Below, piece after piece: positions 23,075 to 36,643 of a DNA stretch of 64,000 nucleotides. The DNA is from Octopus sinensis (Eukaryota). The position numbers and the translations under genes are program-made. Under the pieces are notes generated by a model. It saw only the letters and a list, made by a program, of their open reading frames with translations, ran no database searches and was not told where the DNA came from. The stretch is from NCBI RefSeq assembly GCF_006345805.1, contig NC_043015.1, forward strand, positions 17,670,001 through 17,734,000, in the 5' to 3' direction. Numbering within the stretch: the first letter of the stretch is position 1; every line of letters starts with the position of its first letter.

Positions 23075-25500
23075 TGGGGTGGCACCTTAGGCAAATGTTA
23101 ACAATCCCTTAGCCTCCCATGCCAGGGATATGGTGAAGTCATCAGCAGTAGGATGTTGAATAACCAACAAGGCAGAAGAGTCGTAGACAATCTTGAAGGT
23201 TATTGCAAACAAGTGGAAGATGTGATAACGGTTGATCATCAACAAACAAGTGAGATGCTATTGCAGAGTAGCACCATTGTAAACCATGCTTGTTGTACTC
23301 TTGTACACCATTTGGCACCTGGTGTGGAGGCTCAGAGAGACGGTCTGGTGAGGGGACAATGCCACCTGCCTTACTCACCATCCAAGCCCTGTGGTGACGG
23401 AGTGAACGTAATGGTAATTGGTGTAACTGGAAGCTGATAGCAAAAGCTCTGCACACAGGCAGCTTCCTCTCGGTGGTTACAGTCAGTGGTGAACTTTGAG
23501 CACTAGCAGGCTGAGGCAGCAGTATGAATGTCTGGGAAATCCAGCCCAGATGGAGAAGCCACTAGAAAAGATAGAGTAAAAAGAGCATGATCAGAACAAA
23601 ACCTGACTGGTTCACCATGACCAGAAATTGCAAGAAAATGAAGATGACAGTAGCAATGTGGAACTTGTGTACTATGCTTGACAGAGATTCCATACCCAAG
23701 CAGAAGACAGCTCTGATTGAAAAAGAATTGCATTGGTACATTGTAAGCATTGCCAAACTCCAAGAAACCAAGATCAAAGAGCAGGGCCAGTTACAAGATG
23801 TGGGTTACACCTTCTTCCAGGATGGAAAGACAGCAGGAGGAAGATATTCAGGCATAGCTTTTGCTGTCAACAAGATTGCAAAAAGGTTACCTTTCCTCCC
23901 ATTAGCCATATCAGAGAGGATGATGACCCTATGGATAACAATTATGAATAACTGACACCTGACCCTTGTCAATGTGTACTCTCCAACAACAACCTACTTA
24001 GAGCTGAAGAAAGAGGCATTCTATTAAAAGCTAACAAAGACAAGTTGCTGATTATAGGCAACTGTTGAGAACTAACTGCTGCCATCATGACTGCAACTGA
24101 GGGTACAGCAGTTAGCTCAGATGGACTAGATAGCATCAAGGAGTATTGACAGGCTTTAAAGAAGGTAGTCTTCTCTGCTGCTAAAGAGACCTTAAGGCCC
24201 TCTCAGCATAAAAGACCCAGTTGGCTCTGGAAGCATGGAGAGGAGATCCAGAAGCTGCTAGATGGAAAGCAATGCCTGCACTAGTAGCATCTGCAGGGGA
24301 ACTCAGAGAGGATTAGTGTCACTTTAACTGAAATCAGGTCCAAAGTGCAACGAGAAGTGAGATCACTGAAGAATGACTGGTGGCACAAGCAGGCAAAAAG
24401 CTTTTCAGAGCATGGTCAACAAGCACGACTACCACGGGCTATTTACAGGACTCAAGGCCATCCGTGGTACAAGGAGTAATGCTGTAGCATCAATCAAATC
24501 AGTAGATGAGAGCAAATTGCACACTAACCTCCAGGAGATCAGAGCTAGGTAAGTCACAAAGTACTAGCCTTGGATGGTATTCCCCTCAGATATGCTCAAA
24601 AATGTGGGGAAAAACTCTGCAAAGAACTGTTGAGGCCGTACAACACTTGTCTTTCTAATGAGTTTTTACCCCAGAGCTTCAGGAATGCCCTGATAGTAAC
24701 CATTTACAAAAAGAAAGGGGATCAAGCAGCATTTCTCTGTCGACCATTGTTGGCAAGGTGCTAGCAAAATTCATTCTCGGCTGGCTGAAAAACACCTTAG
24801 AGAAGGTCTTACCAGAGATTCAATGTGACTTCAGGCCAGGGAGATCAACCATGGACATGATCTTCTCACTGTGACAGCTACAGGAGAAAATGGTAGAGCA
24901 ACACCAAACCCTGCTTGTGTTGTTTGTGGACTTTTACAAGGCACTGGATATGGTTGACTGAGAAACACTTTAGAAAACTTTGGAGACATAGATGTGCTAA
25001 GAAGCTTGTCATCAAGAAGTTCCACACTCAAATGAAAGGATTAATCTCAGAATTTAGTGAAGCCTTTGCAGTCAACCATGGTGTGAAGCAGGGATGTGTG
25101 CTTGCCCCTGTACTCTTCCCTCTTTACCTTATAACTGTGTTTAACACTATAAGGGTCAATCTGCACAAAGATGTTTCCATCCACCCCAGAACATATGGGA
25201 TGCTCTCCATCTTGGCTTAGCTCCCCAAAATCAGGGAAGTGTGTATCAGGGAGCTACTCTATGTAGGAGACTCAGTACTTGCAGTCAGCAAACTCAAATG
25301 CATGCAACACATTGAGGACTAGTTTACATATGGGGCAAACATATTTAGTTTCAAGACCAACACTTAGAAATATGAGTGACTCTACCAGCTCCTCTCAAGA
25401 TTTACTTATAGAATGTGAGAGCCTGAGCCAGTAACAATACATAGAGAACCCCTAAAGTACACCAAAGACTTTATCTATACCAGCGGTGCAATGACTTGTA
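23075..25500 (+). mobile_element. Decayed RTE/BovB-like LINE (endonuclease and RT remnants)
   Basis: MTVAMWNLCTMLD...KTALIEKEL...LQETK...GYTFF...AISERMMTL; VNHGVKQGCVLAPVLF. Confidence 0.85.
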
Positions 25501-26127
25501 CTAATGAAAATAAGAATTTTCATTTCAAAATTTTCAAATAATTGCATTCTGGTTTGCAACTGCATGTTCTCTGAGAAAGCTTGAGATTTCAGCGAAATGT
25601 TTGGTAAATATAATCTTCACATCTACATGTATATTCCCATGACTTCTAAGTCAAACACACTTGGGGCAGAATAATGGAAATCACAAATGAGTATATAGTA
25701 AATCGGAAAACAAGAATTTTTCATTTCAAAATTTGCAAATAACTTCATACTGATTTGCAGCATTTTGCAACTGCATGTTTTTGGAGGAAACTCCACAGTT
25801 CAGTGACATGTTTGATAAATATATTATTTGGAGCTATCAGGTAATCACCAATTACTTCACCATACGACATATGTTTCTGAAGAAAATGAAATGTCACAAA
25901 TCAGTAAATAGTAAATGTGAAAACAAGAAATTTCATTTTAAAACTATCAACTTCATTCTGATTTGCAACATTTTGCAACTTCATGTTTTCTGAAAAAGCT
26001 TGAAATTTCATTGAAATGTTTGGTAAATATAATCTCTGAAAATATGAAGTTGCAAAATGTTGCAAATCACCATGAAATTGATTGTAAATTTTGAAATGAA
26101 AATTCTTGTTTTTGCAGTTACTATTTA
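25500..26127. repeat. Satellite block (~210-250 bp monomer) with a polarity switch near 26040
   Basis: Core GAAATGTTTGGTAAATATAATCTTCACATCTAC...TTTGCAACATTTTGCAACTTCATGTTTTCTGAG. Confidence 0.9.
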
Positions 26128-28282
26128 CTCATCATCATCGTTTAATATCCGTTCTCCATGCTAGCATGGGTTGGACGGTTCGACCGGGGATCTGGGAAGC
26201 CAGAAGGCTGCACCAGGCTCCAGTCTGATCTGGCAGTGTTTTTACAGCTGGATGCCCTTCCTAACACCAACCACTCCGTGAGTGTAGTGGGTGCTTTTTA
26301 CGTGCCACCAGCACATGTACCAGGCAAGGCTGGCAACGGCCACGATAAGATTGGTGCTTTTTACGTGCCACCAGCACAGAAGCCAGTCAAAGTGGCGCTG
26401 GCATCGGCCACGTTCGGATGGTGCTTTTTCCATGCCACCGGCACGGAAGCCAGTCTAGGCGGTGCTGGCATCGGCCATGTTCGGATGGTGCTTTTTATGT
26501 GCCACTGGCACAGGGATCACAACTGCAGTTTCCATTGATTTTTGATGTTGGTGTACTTGACTCAATGGATCTCCTCAAGCACAGGGTCAAAACGGTGTTT
26601 CTTTACTTGCCACCTGCACAGGAGTCAGTCCAGCGGTCCTGGCAACTGCCGGGTGCCAGTCATAGGATTGGTTCAATTTCGATTCTGATTTCACTTGCCC
26701 CAACAGGTCTTCGCAAGCAGAGTTTAGTGTCCAGTGAAGGGAGGTTGGCATGGGTGCCTGTCGTCGGATGAGGTTCGATTTCGACTTCGCTTGCCTCAAC
26801 AGGTCTTCGTGTGTCCAAGGGAGGAAAGGCATGCCTAAGTGGGCTGGCTGGGATGGACTCACTTGTCCTGCTGGGTCTTCTCACACACAGAATATTTCCA
26901 AAGGTCTCGGTCGCTAGTCATTGCCTCGGTGAGGCCTAAAGTTCGAAGGTCATGCTTCACCACCTCGTCCCAGGTTTTCCTGGGTCTACCTCTTCCATGG
27001 GTTCCCTCAACTGGTAGGAATTGGCACTTTTTCACACACCTATCTTCATCCATTCTCACCACATGACCATACCAGCGCAATTGTCTCTCTTGCACACCAC
27101 AGCTGATGCTTCTTAGGTCCAACTTTTCTCTCAAGGTACTTGAAACATATGTTGGTACTCTGTCGAGTATGTACACTGACATTACACATCCATCGGAGCA
27201 TACTGGCTTCATTCCTCGTGAGCTTATGCATGTCCTCAGCAGTCATGGCCCATGTTTCACTGCCACGTAGCATGGCTGTTCGTACACATGCATCATACAG
27301 TCTGCCTTTTACTATGAGCAAGAGGCCTTTAGTCACCAGCAGAGGTAAGAGCTCCCTCAACTTTGCCCAGGCTATTCTTACTCTAGCAGTTACACATTCA
27401 GAACACCCACCCCCGCTACTGACTTGGTCACCTAGATAACGGAAGCTATCAACTACTTCTAGTTTTTCCCCCTGGAAAGTGACGGTTGTTTTCTGCAGAT
27501 TTTCAGTGTTTATTGCTCCTGAGCATCTGCCACATACAAAAACTATCTTCCCAGTTAGCCTTCCTTTGACATTGCTGCACCTCTTATGTGTCCATAGCTT
27601 ACACTGGGTACATCTTATAGAGTTTCTACCTACGCCTTTTCTACAGATCAAGCAGGGCCATCAACCTGAAGGCGTTTGTGGTTTGTCTACCTTCCTACTG
27701 ATTAGGACTTTGGTTTTAGCTAGGTTGACTCTAAGGCCCTTTGATTCTAATCCTTCCTTCCACACCTGAAACTTCTCCTCCAGTTCTGATAGTGACACAG
27801 CAATTAGAGCAAAGTCGTCAGCATAGAGGAGCTCCCAGGGGCATCCTGTCTTGAATTCCTCCGTAATTGCCAGGAGGACTATGATAAATAGGAGGGGGCT
27901 GAGGACTGAACCCTGGTGGACCCCAACCTCTACCTTGAATTCTTCAGTGTACACGTTGCCAAACCTTACCTTACTTACAACATCCCTGTACATGGCTTGC
28001 ACAGCTCTCACCAGCCATTCATCTATCCCTAGTTTCCTCATTAACCACCAGATAAGGGATCGGGGGACCCTGTCGAAGGCTTTCTCCATGTCAACGAAAG
28101 CCAGGTACAGGGGCTTATCTTTGGCTAGGTATTTCTCCTGTAGCTGTCTCACCAGAAATATGGCATCAGTGGTGCTTTTCCCTGGCATGAAACCAAACTG
28201 CATCTCATCCAAGTTAACTCTCTCCCTAATCAGTTGGGCTATGACCCTCTCCGTAACCTTCATTACCTGATCCAACAGCTTA
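26128..28282 (-). mobile_element. 5'-truncated RTE-clade LINE: RT (27661-28275), Cys-rich C-terminal region (27046-27651), repeat-containing 3' UTR and (GAT)n tail
   Basis: FVDMEKAFDRVP, GVHQGSVLSPLLF, LLYADD, C..C.LWTHKRC; tail CATCATCATC at ~26128. Confidence 0.92.
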
Positions 28283-28289
28283 TTTCATT

Positions 28290-29165
28290 TTCGTCATAAG
28301 CATATGTCAGATGGAAAAGTATTTGCTTACAGTACATTACCTGATAGCTCTGAATAATATCTTTACCCCATATTTCACTGAGGTGGGAAGTTTACTCAGA
28401 AAACATGAAGTTGCAAAATGTTACAAACCAGAATGAAATTGTTTCAAAATTTTGAAATAAAAATTCTTGTTTTCACATTTACTGTTTACTCATTTCATTT
28501 TCCTTGTAAACATATATCTGATGGAGAAGTAATTGATTCATATAGTTCTTCAGAAAACATGAATTTGCAATATGTTGCAAACCAGAATGAAATTGTTTTA
28601 AAATTTTGAAATGAAACATTCTTGTTTTCAATATTTACAATATATTCATTTGTGACCTTCATTTTCTTACACACACTTGTTTGATTCAGAAGTCTTGGGT
28701 TAATATATATTACCTATAGCTCTGATTTAGCGTGAATATACGTTAACTTGCAGATGTGATGATTATATTTACCAAATATTTCACTGAAATATTAAGCTTT
28801 CTTTGAAAATATGATGTTGCAAAATTTTGGAAATCTTCATAAAATTTTTGCAAATTTGGAAATGAAAATTCTTGTTTTTGCAATTACTATTTACTCATTT
28901 GTGACATTTCCTCATAAACATATGTTGGATGGTGAAGTGATGGGTTAATATACATTAACTTGTAGATATGAACTCTCTCTTTTACTTGTTTCAGTCATTT
29001 GACTGTGGCCATGCTGGAGCACCACCTTCAGTCGAGCAAATCAACCCCAGGACTTATTCTTTGTAAGCTTAGTACTTATTCTATCAGTCTCTTTTGCCAA
29101 ACCACTAAGTTACGAGGACATAAATACACCAGTCAAGTGATGTTGGGGGGACAAACACAGATACA

Positions 29166-29207
<42 letters not shown>

Positions 29208-30642
29208 AATATATATGACGGACTTCTTTCAGTTTCATTCTACCAAATCCACTCACAAGGCTTTGGTCGACGTGAGGCTATAGTAGAAGACACTTACCCT
29301 AAGTGCCACACAGTGGGACTGAACCCGGAATCATGTGGTTGGTAAGCAAGCTACTTACACAGCCACTCCTTTGATTATATTTACAAAACATTTCACTGAA
29401 ATTTGAAGTTTTATTACAAAACATGAAGTTGCAAAATGTTGCAAACCAGAATGAAATCGGTTGAAAATTTTGAAATGAAAATTCTTGTTTTCGCATTTTC
29501 TATTTACTCATTTTTGACTTACATTATTCTGATACACAAGCGTTTGATTTAGAAGTCAATGGCTAATATATATTAACTTGTAGATTAACTTGTATATTAA
29601 CTTGTAGATTATATTTACCAAATATTTGCAAATTCATGTTCTCTGAGAAAGCTTGAGATTTCAGTAAAATGTTTGGTAAATAAAATCTTCACATCTGTAA
29701 GTTGATGCACATTACCTCATGATTTCTAAATCAAACAAGTGTGTGTCAGAAAGATGAACATCAAAAATAAGTATATAGTAAAATGCCAAAAGAATTTTTC
29801 ATTTCAAAATTTCCAGTGTGTTTCATTCTGGTTTGAATCATTTTCTAAATTCATATTTTCTGTGGATAATTCAGAGTTCGGTAAAATGTTTGGTAAATAT
29901 GATATTCAGAGCTATCAGGTAATGTATTTTAATCAATTACTTCACGATCCGACATATGTTAAAGAGGAAAATAAAATGTCACAAATGAGTAAGTAGTAAA
30001 TTGGAAAACAAAAATTTTATTTTCAAAATTTTCAGTCAGAACAATGAAAGTCACAAATGAGTATATAGTAAATGGGAAAACAAGAGTTTTTCTTTTCCAC
30101 ATTTTCAAATGATTTTTTACTGGTTTGCAACAATATGCAGCTTTATATGTTCTGAGAAAGCTAGAGATTTCAGTGAAATATTTGGTAAATATAATCTTCA
30201 CATCTACAAGTTAATATATATTAACCCATCTCTTCTAAATCAAACACGTGAGTATCAGAATAATGCAAATCACAAATGAGTATATAGTAATTTGGAAAAC
30301 AACAATTTTTCATTTCAAAACGTCAAAATAATTTCATTCTGGTTTGCAAACTTCATGTTTTCTGAGGAAACTTTGCACTTTAGGGAAGTATTTGGTAAAG
30401 ATATTCAGAGCTATCAGCTAATGTACTTTAACCAAATACTCCTCCATCAGACATATGTTTATGAGGAAAATGAAATATCACAAATGAGTAAATAGTAAAT
30501 GTGAAAACAAGAATTTTCATTTCAAAATTTGCAATCAATTTCAAGATGATTTGCAAGAATTTGCAACTTCATATTCTCAAAGAAAGCTTCAGATTTCGGC
30601 GAAATGTTTGGTAAATATAATATTCACATTTACAAGTTAATG
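28290..30642. repeat. Satellite block (minus orientation, then plus from ~29625), interrupted by a SINE
   Basis: Same monomer as 25500-26127. Confidence 0.9.
28973..29370 (-). mobile_element. tRNA-derived SINE inserted in the satellite
   Basis: Highly similar to 18829-19231; internal (CA)n. Confidence 0.9.
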
Positions 30643-31785
30643 AGCTCCCAGGGGCATCCTGTCTTGAATTCCTCCGTTATTGCCTGGAGGACTATGATAA
30701 ATAGGAGGGGGCTGAGGACTGAGCCTTGGTGGACCCCTACCTCTACCCGGAATTCTTCACTGTACTCGTTGCCAACCCTCACCTTACTAGCAGCGTCCCT
30801 GTACATGGCTTGCACAGCTCTCACTAACCATTCATCTATTCCTAGTTTCCTCATTGACCACCAGATGAGGGATCGGGGGACCCTGTCGAAGGCTTTCTCC
30901 ATGTCAACAAAAGCCAGGTACAGGGGCTTATCTTTGGCTAGGTATTTCTCCTGCAGCTGCCTTACCAGGAATATAGCATCAGTGGTACTTTCCCTGGCAC
31001 GAACCCAAACTGCATCTCATCTAAACTAACTCTCACTCTAATTAGTTGGCTTATGACCCTCTCTGTAACCTTTATCATCTGATCCAACAGCTTGATACCT
31101 CTGTAATTATTTGTATCTAGGGCATCATCTTTACCTTTGTAGCAGTTGAATATTATGCTGCTACACCAGTCATTGGGTATGACTCCTTCATGTATCACCT
31201 GATTAACTATACGGGTGACTAGGCTATAGCCGACACTACCAGATATTTTGAGCATCTCTGCAGTAATTTCTGATGGGCCTGGGGCTTTCCCTGTCTTCAT
31301 GCTTCTAATTGCCTTAGCTACCAAGGAACTATCAACCCTGATAGCTGATCCCTCTGTTGGGTCAACGTTCGGCAGACTCTCTTTATCCCATTCATTTTCT
31401 TTATTCAGCAACCTTTCATAGTGGCATCTCCAAGCCTCTCTCTTTGCATCCTCGTTTAGTGCAAGTGAACCATCTTCCATGCGAACACACTTCTCTCCTA
31501 CCACATCACAATTCTCTCTCACACACTGTCTTGCAACGCGAAACACCTCCAGTCTTTGGTCCTCACGGCGCAGAACATTGGCAAATTTTTTCTTATCTGC
31601 TTCCCCTCTGGCTAGATAGACCTGTCTCCTAGCTTCCCTTTTAGCAGTCTGATACAATTCCCTGCTACCACCATTCTTCCAGTGCTTCCAAGTCTGTCTC
31701 TTTTCTCTAATAGCCCTGTCTACAACACTGTTCCACCACCACATTACCTTGGGACAAGAGGGGACTTTGCACCAGCCACAGATCT
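30643..31785 (-). mobile_element. RTE LINE ORF2 fragment (linker and N-terminal RT), truncated at both ends
   Basis: ORF 30962-31744 (WWWNSVVDRAI...KAPGPSEITAEMLK...NYRGIKLL) and 30630-30902 (EKAFDRVP...HQGSVLSP). Confidence 0.9.
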
Positions 31786-31945
31786 ACGACAATTTCCAAC
31801 CACTTGAAAGATGTTGGAAAAACAAAAGTACTTGAGAAATGGGTGCCGTACGAATTGAACAACAATAAAAAAAAAGTGTCGTCTTCCTTCTTTTACGCAA
31901 TAAGAATGACCCGTTTCTCGACCGGATTGTGACTAGTAAATTAAC
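31783..31945 (+). mobile_element. Mariner transposase fragment
   Basis: STTISNHLKDVGKTKVLEKWVPYEL...LRNKNDPFLDRIVT. Confidence 0.75.
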
Positions 31946-31949
31946 TTGT

Positions 31950-32854
31950 AATGTGACGATTGTATTTACCAAACATTTCTCTAAAAATATGAAATTGCAA
32001 AATTTTGCAAATCAGCTTAAAATTTGTTGCAAATTTTGAAATGAAAATTCTTGTTTCGGCAATTAATATTTACTCATTTGTGATATTTCATTTTTGTCAT
32101 AATCATATGTCGGATAGAGGAGTATTTGCTTAAAATACATTACTTGATAGCTCTGAATAATATCTCTACTAAATATTTCACTGAAGTGTGAAGTTTCCTC
32201 AGAAAACATGAAGTTTGAAAATCTTCAAAATCAGCATGAAGTTGCTTGGAAATTATGAAATGAAGCATTCTTGTTTTCTGATTTACTATATACGCGTTTC
32301 ATTTAGAAGTCATGGGTTAAAACACACTATCTGATAGCTCTGAATAATATATTTACCAAACATTTCCCTGAACTCTGAACATTTCTCAGGAAACATGAAG
32401 TTCCAAAATTTTGCAAACCAGAATGAAATTGTTTGGAAATTTTGAAATGAAAATTCTTGTTTTCTGATTTACTATTTACTCATTTGTGACATTTCATTTT
32501 CCTCTGAAACATATGTCGGATGGAGAAGTAATTGATTAAAATACATTACCTGATAGCTCTGAATAATAATGTTGCAAACCAGAATGCTTAGACGTTTTGA
32601 AATGAAAATCCTTGTTTTCACATTTACTATTTACTCATTTGTGACTTACATTATTCTGACACACACTTGTTTGGTTTAGAAGTTATGTGTAAATATACAT
32701 TACCTGAGAATTCTGAATAATATATTTACCAAACATTTCATTAAACTCTGAAGGTTTCTCAGAATACATGAAGTTGAAAATGTTGCAAATCAGCATGAAG
32801 TTGTTTGGAAATTTTGAAATGAAACATTCTTGTTTTCAATATTTACTATATACC
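31950..32854 (-). repeat. Satellite block
   Basis: Reverse complement of the satellite monomer. Confidence 0.9.
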
Positions 32855-33160
32855 TGTAGTGGCACAAGCAGCCAGCGCCATATTGGATGAGATCTCGCAG
32901 CAGCCATTGCCTTCTCCAAGACTGGACCCACCAAGACTCACCTGCATCCATTTGCCATGTACGAGATCACAATGAGGCTCGTGATGGAAACTATATAAAG
33001 GGAAAATCCAATTCAAAGCTCTCTTTTTGGCGCTACCTCACAACAGCGCTGGCAGAACACCACCACTACACGAAGAATGAAAAAGATGTTGGAAGAAGAC
33101 AATATTCTTCCAATATCATAAACCTTGCCTTCCATTATTAAAAATGGTGACCCCTGACGT
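32855..33160 (+). mobile_element. 5' LTR (~290 bp) and tRNA-Trp-type primer-binding site of a Gypsy-like element
   Basis: TG start, TATATAAAGG at ~32991, followed by TGGTGACCCCTGACGT at 33145-33160, complementary to the 3' end of tRNA-Trp with one extra base. Confidence 0.75.
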
Positions 33161-33779
33161 AGAAAAGGTTTTTCGACCGCCACAAGCTCCATCATATAAA
33201 TGTCTCAGCCGAATCACGGACTGGCGGTTTTCACTCACTTCCGACTGGCAAACACACACCAATGGCCACAACTTCCAGGCATCGTTCCTGCCCCACATTT
33301 GGATTGCACCACGTGAAAACAGAATTTTTTACCGGTTCCAGGCCATTTTCTGGTGATTTTTTTTTTCAACTGACAGCAACAACAAAAAAAAAAATGATAA
33401 AGAAGTAAAAAAGTGCTGGTTGGACTGTTTTTCGTGCTGAAGAACAAACTTCTCGCAGCTTTTCTCTTAGCTCCATCGTGTCTAGGATGCAAAAGTCTAT
33501 TGCTTACGGCACTACATCGGACACGGCAATTGCTGCTGTTATCTCTCTTCCTCAGCCGCGCATTGTATTGCATTTCTTTTGTTTTTTTCACTTCCTTTTG
33601 CATATCTCTTCCTTTTTCAGGACTTCACCTATGTATGTTCATATTTTTTTTTGAATATTGTGTATATTATATGTTAACTTTTTCAATATTCATACACACA
33701 TGCACCACATTCTAATATTGCAGTTGCTTTCTTATTGCTCTTGCATGCTACCACCTCTAATATCTGCAAGCGACCCACC

Positions 33780-34000
33780 AGTTTTGCAGGCTTACAACAC
33801 TAACCTCTGCAAGCGACCTACCAGTCTTGCAGACTAACAACATTTTATTTTTCCACTGCAAGCAACTCACTGCCCTTGCAGGCAAATACTTGGCACTGTT
33901 CATGTCTAAGCAGCCAACATTGCATCTCAAACACTTTGACTCTTGCATCCTGTGATTTCCAGTTTCCTGGACAGTTGTTATCACACTTGCTTGTCAGACA
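33780..34000 (-). pseudogene. Decayed Gypsy gag zinc-knuckle fragment
   Basis: KCLRCNVG...KYLPARAVSCLQWK...VCKTG resembles the C..CG...CPA....C..C.K.GH...VC pattern. Confidence 0.45.
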
Positions 34001-34067
34001 TTCTGTGTCTCAGAACTTTGTTTTAACCTTTGCCTATTCATGTATGTTTTGTGCATATTCTGCAGTC

Positions 34068-34252
34068 CTACACACTGCCTCAGCTTTGCACTGGCTGGCA
34101 CATCCTGCACACTGCCTCAGCTTTGCACCGGCTGGCACATTCTGCACACTGCCTCAGCCTTGCACTGGCTGGCACATCCTGCACACTGCCTCAGCCTTGC
34201 ACCGGCTGGCACATTCTGCACACTGCCTCAGCTTTGCACTGGTTGGTACAAC
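34068..34252. repeat. 37-bp minisatellite x5 with alternating variants (74-bp period)
   Basis: CTGCACACTGCCTCAGCYTTGCACYGGCTGGCACATY; the CTGG..ATC and CCGG..ATT variants alternate. Confidence 0.95.
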
Positions 34253-34279
34253 CATGTGTGACTTCTAAATCTAATAAAT

Positions 34280-34730
34280 GTGTGTCACAATAATGAATAT
34301 CACAAATGAGTAAATTGGAAAACAAAAATCTTTCATTTCAAAATTTCGAAAACATTTCATGCTGGTTTGCAAAATTTTCAAACAGTTTCATTTAGTTTGC
34401 AACATTTTGTAGCTTCATGTCTTCTGTGAAAGCTAATGATTTCAGTAAAAAGTTTGGTAAAGATAATCTTTACATCTACAAGCTAATGTATATTAACCCA
34501 GTACTTCTGAATCAAACAAGTGTGTGTCAGAAAAATGAAAGTCAGAAAAGAGTTTATTTAATCGTAAAACAAGAATTTTACATTTCAAAATTTTCAAACT
34601 CTTTCATTCTGGTTTGCAAAAATTTTGCAACGTCATGATTTCTGAGAAAGCTTGAGATTTCTGTGAAATGTTTGGTAAATATATTCTTCACATCTACAAG
34701 TTAATGTATATTAACTCATTACTTCTTAAT
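34280..34730 (+). repeat. Satellite block
   Basis: Same monomer. Confidence 0.9.
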
Positions 34731-35230
34731 CAGTGGTTCCCAAATTTTTTCAGCCCAGGGACCATTTTTTACTTGAAAAATTTTTCTGGTGACCACTTTG
34801 ACTTTTACTTTATGCTGTTCTATTTTCACACTAAAATACTTAATGAAGAGACAAAGTAGTCTATTTACACTTTAAAATTTATTTTAGCAAACAAACGATA
34901 AAATTTAAAATTTATTTTTGTAAACAAAGATAAACACAACATATCGAAATCATTTTTCATAGAGTCATTCATTTTTAGTCCATTCAGCTAGTGACTAGCT
35001 TGAAAAATATGTGTTTCTGACACAAGATATCATAATCAATTTTAATGAACTCATTTATATATCGGTTCCGTTTTCAGCAGAGAAAGACGTGATTGCCTTT
35101 GCTCTGTGAAAAAGTCTGCATAGAACGGCGAAATAACCCACTGTAGTTGCAAAACGTAAAACTCTAAGTCATAGAGATCACTACAACACTTTGGTTAAAA
35201 ATATTTTTAAAAATATATATATAAATATAT
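34731..35230 (-). mobile_element. 3' end of a hAT (Charlie-like) transposon
   Basis: Terminus CAGTGGTTCCCAAA is typical of hAT TIRs; decayed RVLRFATT-like C-terminal transposase motif on the minus strand. Confidence 0.6.
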
Positions 35231-35525
35231 ACATATACACAGTAATTTTCATTTTCGCCGAAACGCACATGGTGCAAAAATAACTGAATCAAGTTATCTC
35301 CTGCAAGAAAGAAAAAAGAAGCATCTCTCCTGAAAAAAATCCCGCAAACCAAAAAAAAAAAAATAAAAAAAATAATCCAGACCACATTGTTGGATTAAGT
35401 ATCAATTTCATCTATTTCATATTTTATTTATTATTCTATTTTATCTTTCACTTAGGCCCACATCTTAGTTAAAGTTGCGATCGTCATTTGGTTTGTTTAC
35501 ATTTTCAATAACTGTTCTCGATATA

Positions 35526-36583
35526 ATAATTTTCCAGATACTCTATCTTCTAATTAGCCTTAAGATTAAATTAAATAACGTTTAATATTGATACCGTCAA
35601 ATTAGCCTTAGGATTAAATTAAATAACGTTTAATATTGTTTAATATTGTTAATAATTATTGTTAATTAGCCTTAAGATTAAATTAAATAACGTTTAATAT
35701 TGTTAATAATTTTTCAGATACTCTATCTTCTAATTAGCCTTAAGATTAAATTAAATAACATTTAATATTAATAACGTCTAGTTAGCCTTAGGATTAAATT
35801 AAATAACGTTTAATATTGTTAATAATTATTGTTAATTAGCCTTAGGATTAAATTAAATAACGTTTAATATTGTTTAATATTGTTAATAATTACTGTTAAT
35901 TAGCCTTAAGATTAAATTAAATAACGTTTAATATTGTTTTAATATTGTCAATAATTCTTCAGATACTCTATCTTCTAATTAGCCTTAAGATTAAATTAAA
36001 TAACGTTTAATATTACCCACACTCTAATATAATATTAACATTGCTAATATATTTTCAGATACTCTATCTCCTGATTAGCCTTAAGATTAAATAACGTTTT
36101 TATCCACACTCTAATATAATATTAATATTGCTAATATATTTTCAGATACTCTATCTTCTAATTAGCCTTAAGATTAAATTAAATAACGTTTAATATTAAT
36201 AACGTCTAATTAGCCTTAAGATTAAATTAAATAACGGTTAATATTGCTTAATATTGTATATATAATTTTTCAGATACTCTGTCTTCTAATTAGCCTTAAG
36301 ATTAAATTAAATAACGTTTAATATTACCCACACTCTAATATAATATTAATATTGCTAATATATTTTCAGATACTCTATCTCCAAATTAGCCTTAAGATTA
36401 AATAACGTTTTTTTTTACCCACACTCTAATATAATATTAATATTGCTAATATATTTTCAGATACTCTATCTCCTAATTAGCCTTAAGATTAAATAACGTT
36501 TTTACCCAAATAACGTTTTTACACAAACTTTAATATTGTTAATATTTCTTTTTCAAGTACTCTATCTTCTAATTAGCCTTAAT
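35526..36583. repeat. AT-rich complex minisatellite directly upstream of the LINE ORF1 (possibly its 5' UTR)
   Basis: About 15 copies of AATTAGCCTTA(A/G)GATTAAAT and about 9 copies of CAGATACTCTATCT, in mixed modules. Confidence 0.9.
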
Positions 36584-36643
36584 ATCTTCCTGTCTTCTCT
36601 CGAACATAATTAGATAGATAAACGGATAGACGGATTATCCAGC

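Noticed and set aside
34068-34252. Regular 37-bp repeats resembling a CRISPR array
   Set aside because: The units are contiguous with no unique spacers, there are no cas genes, and the context is eukaryotic.
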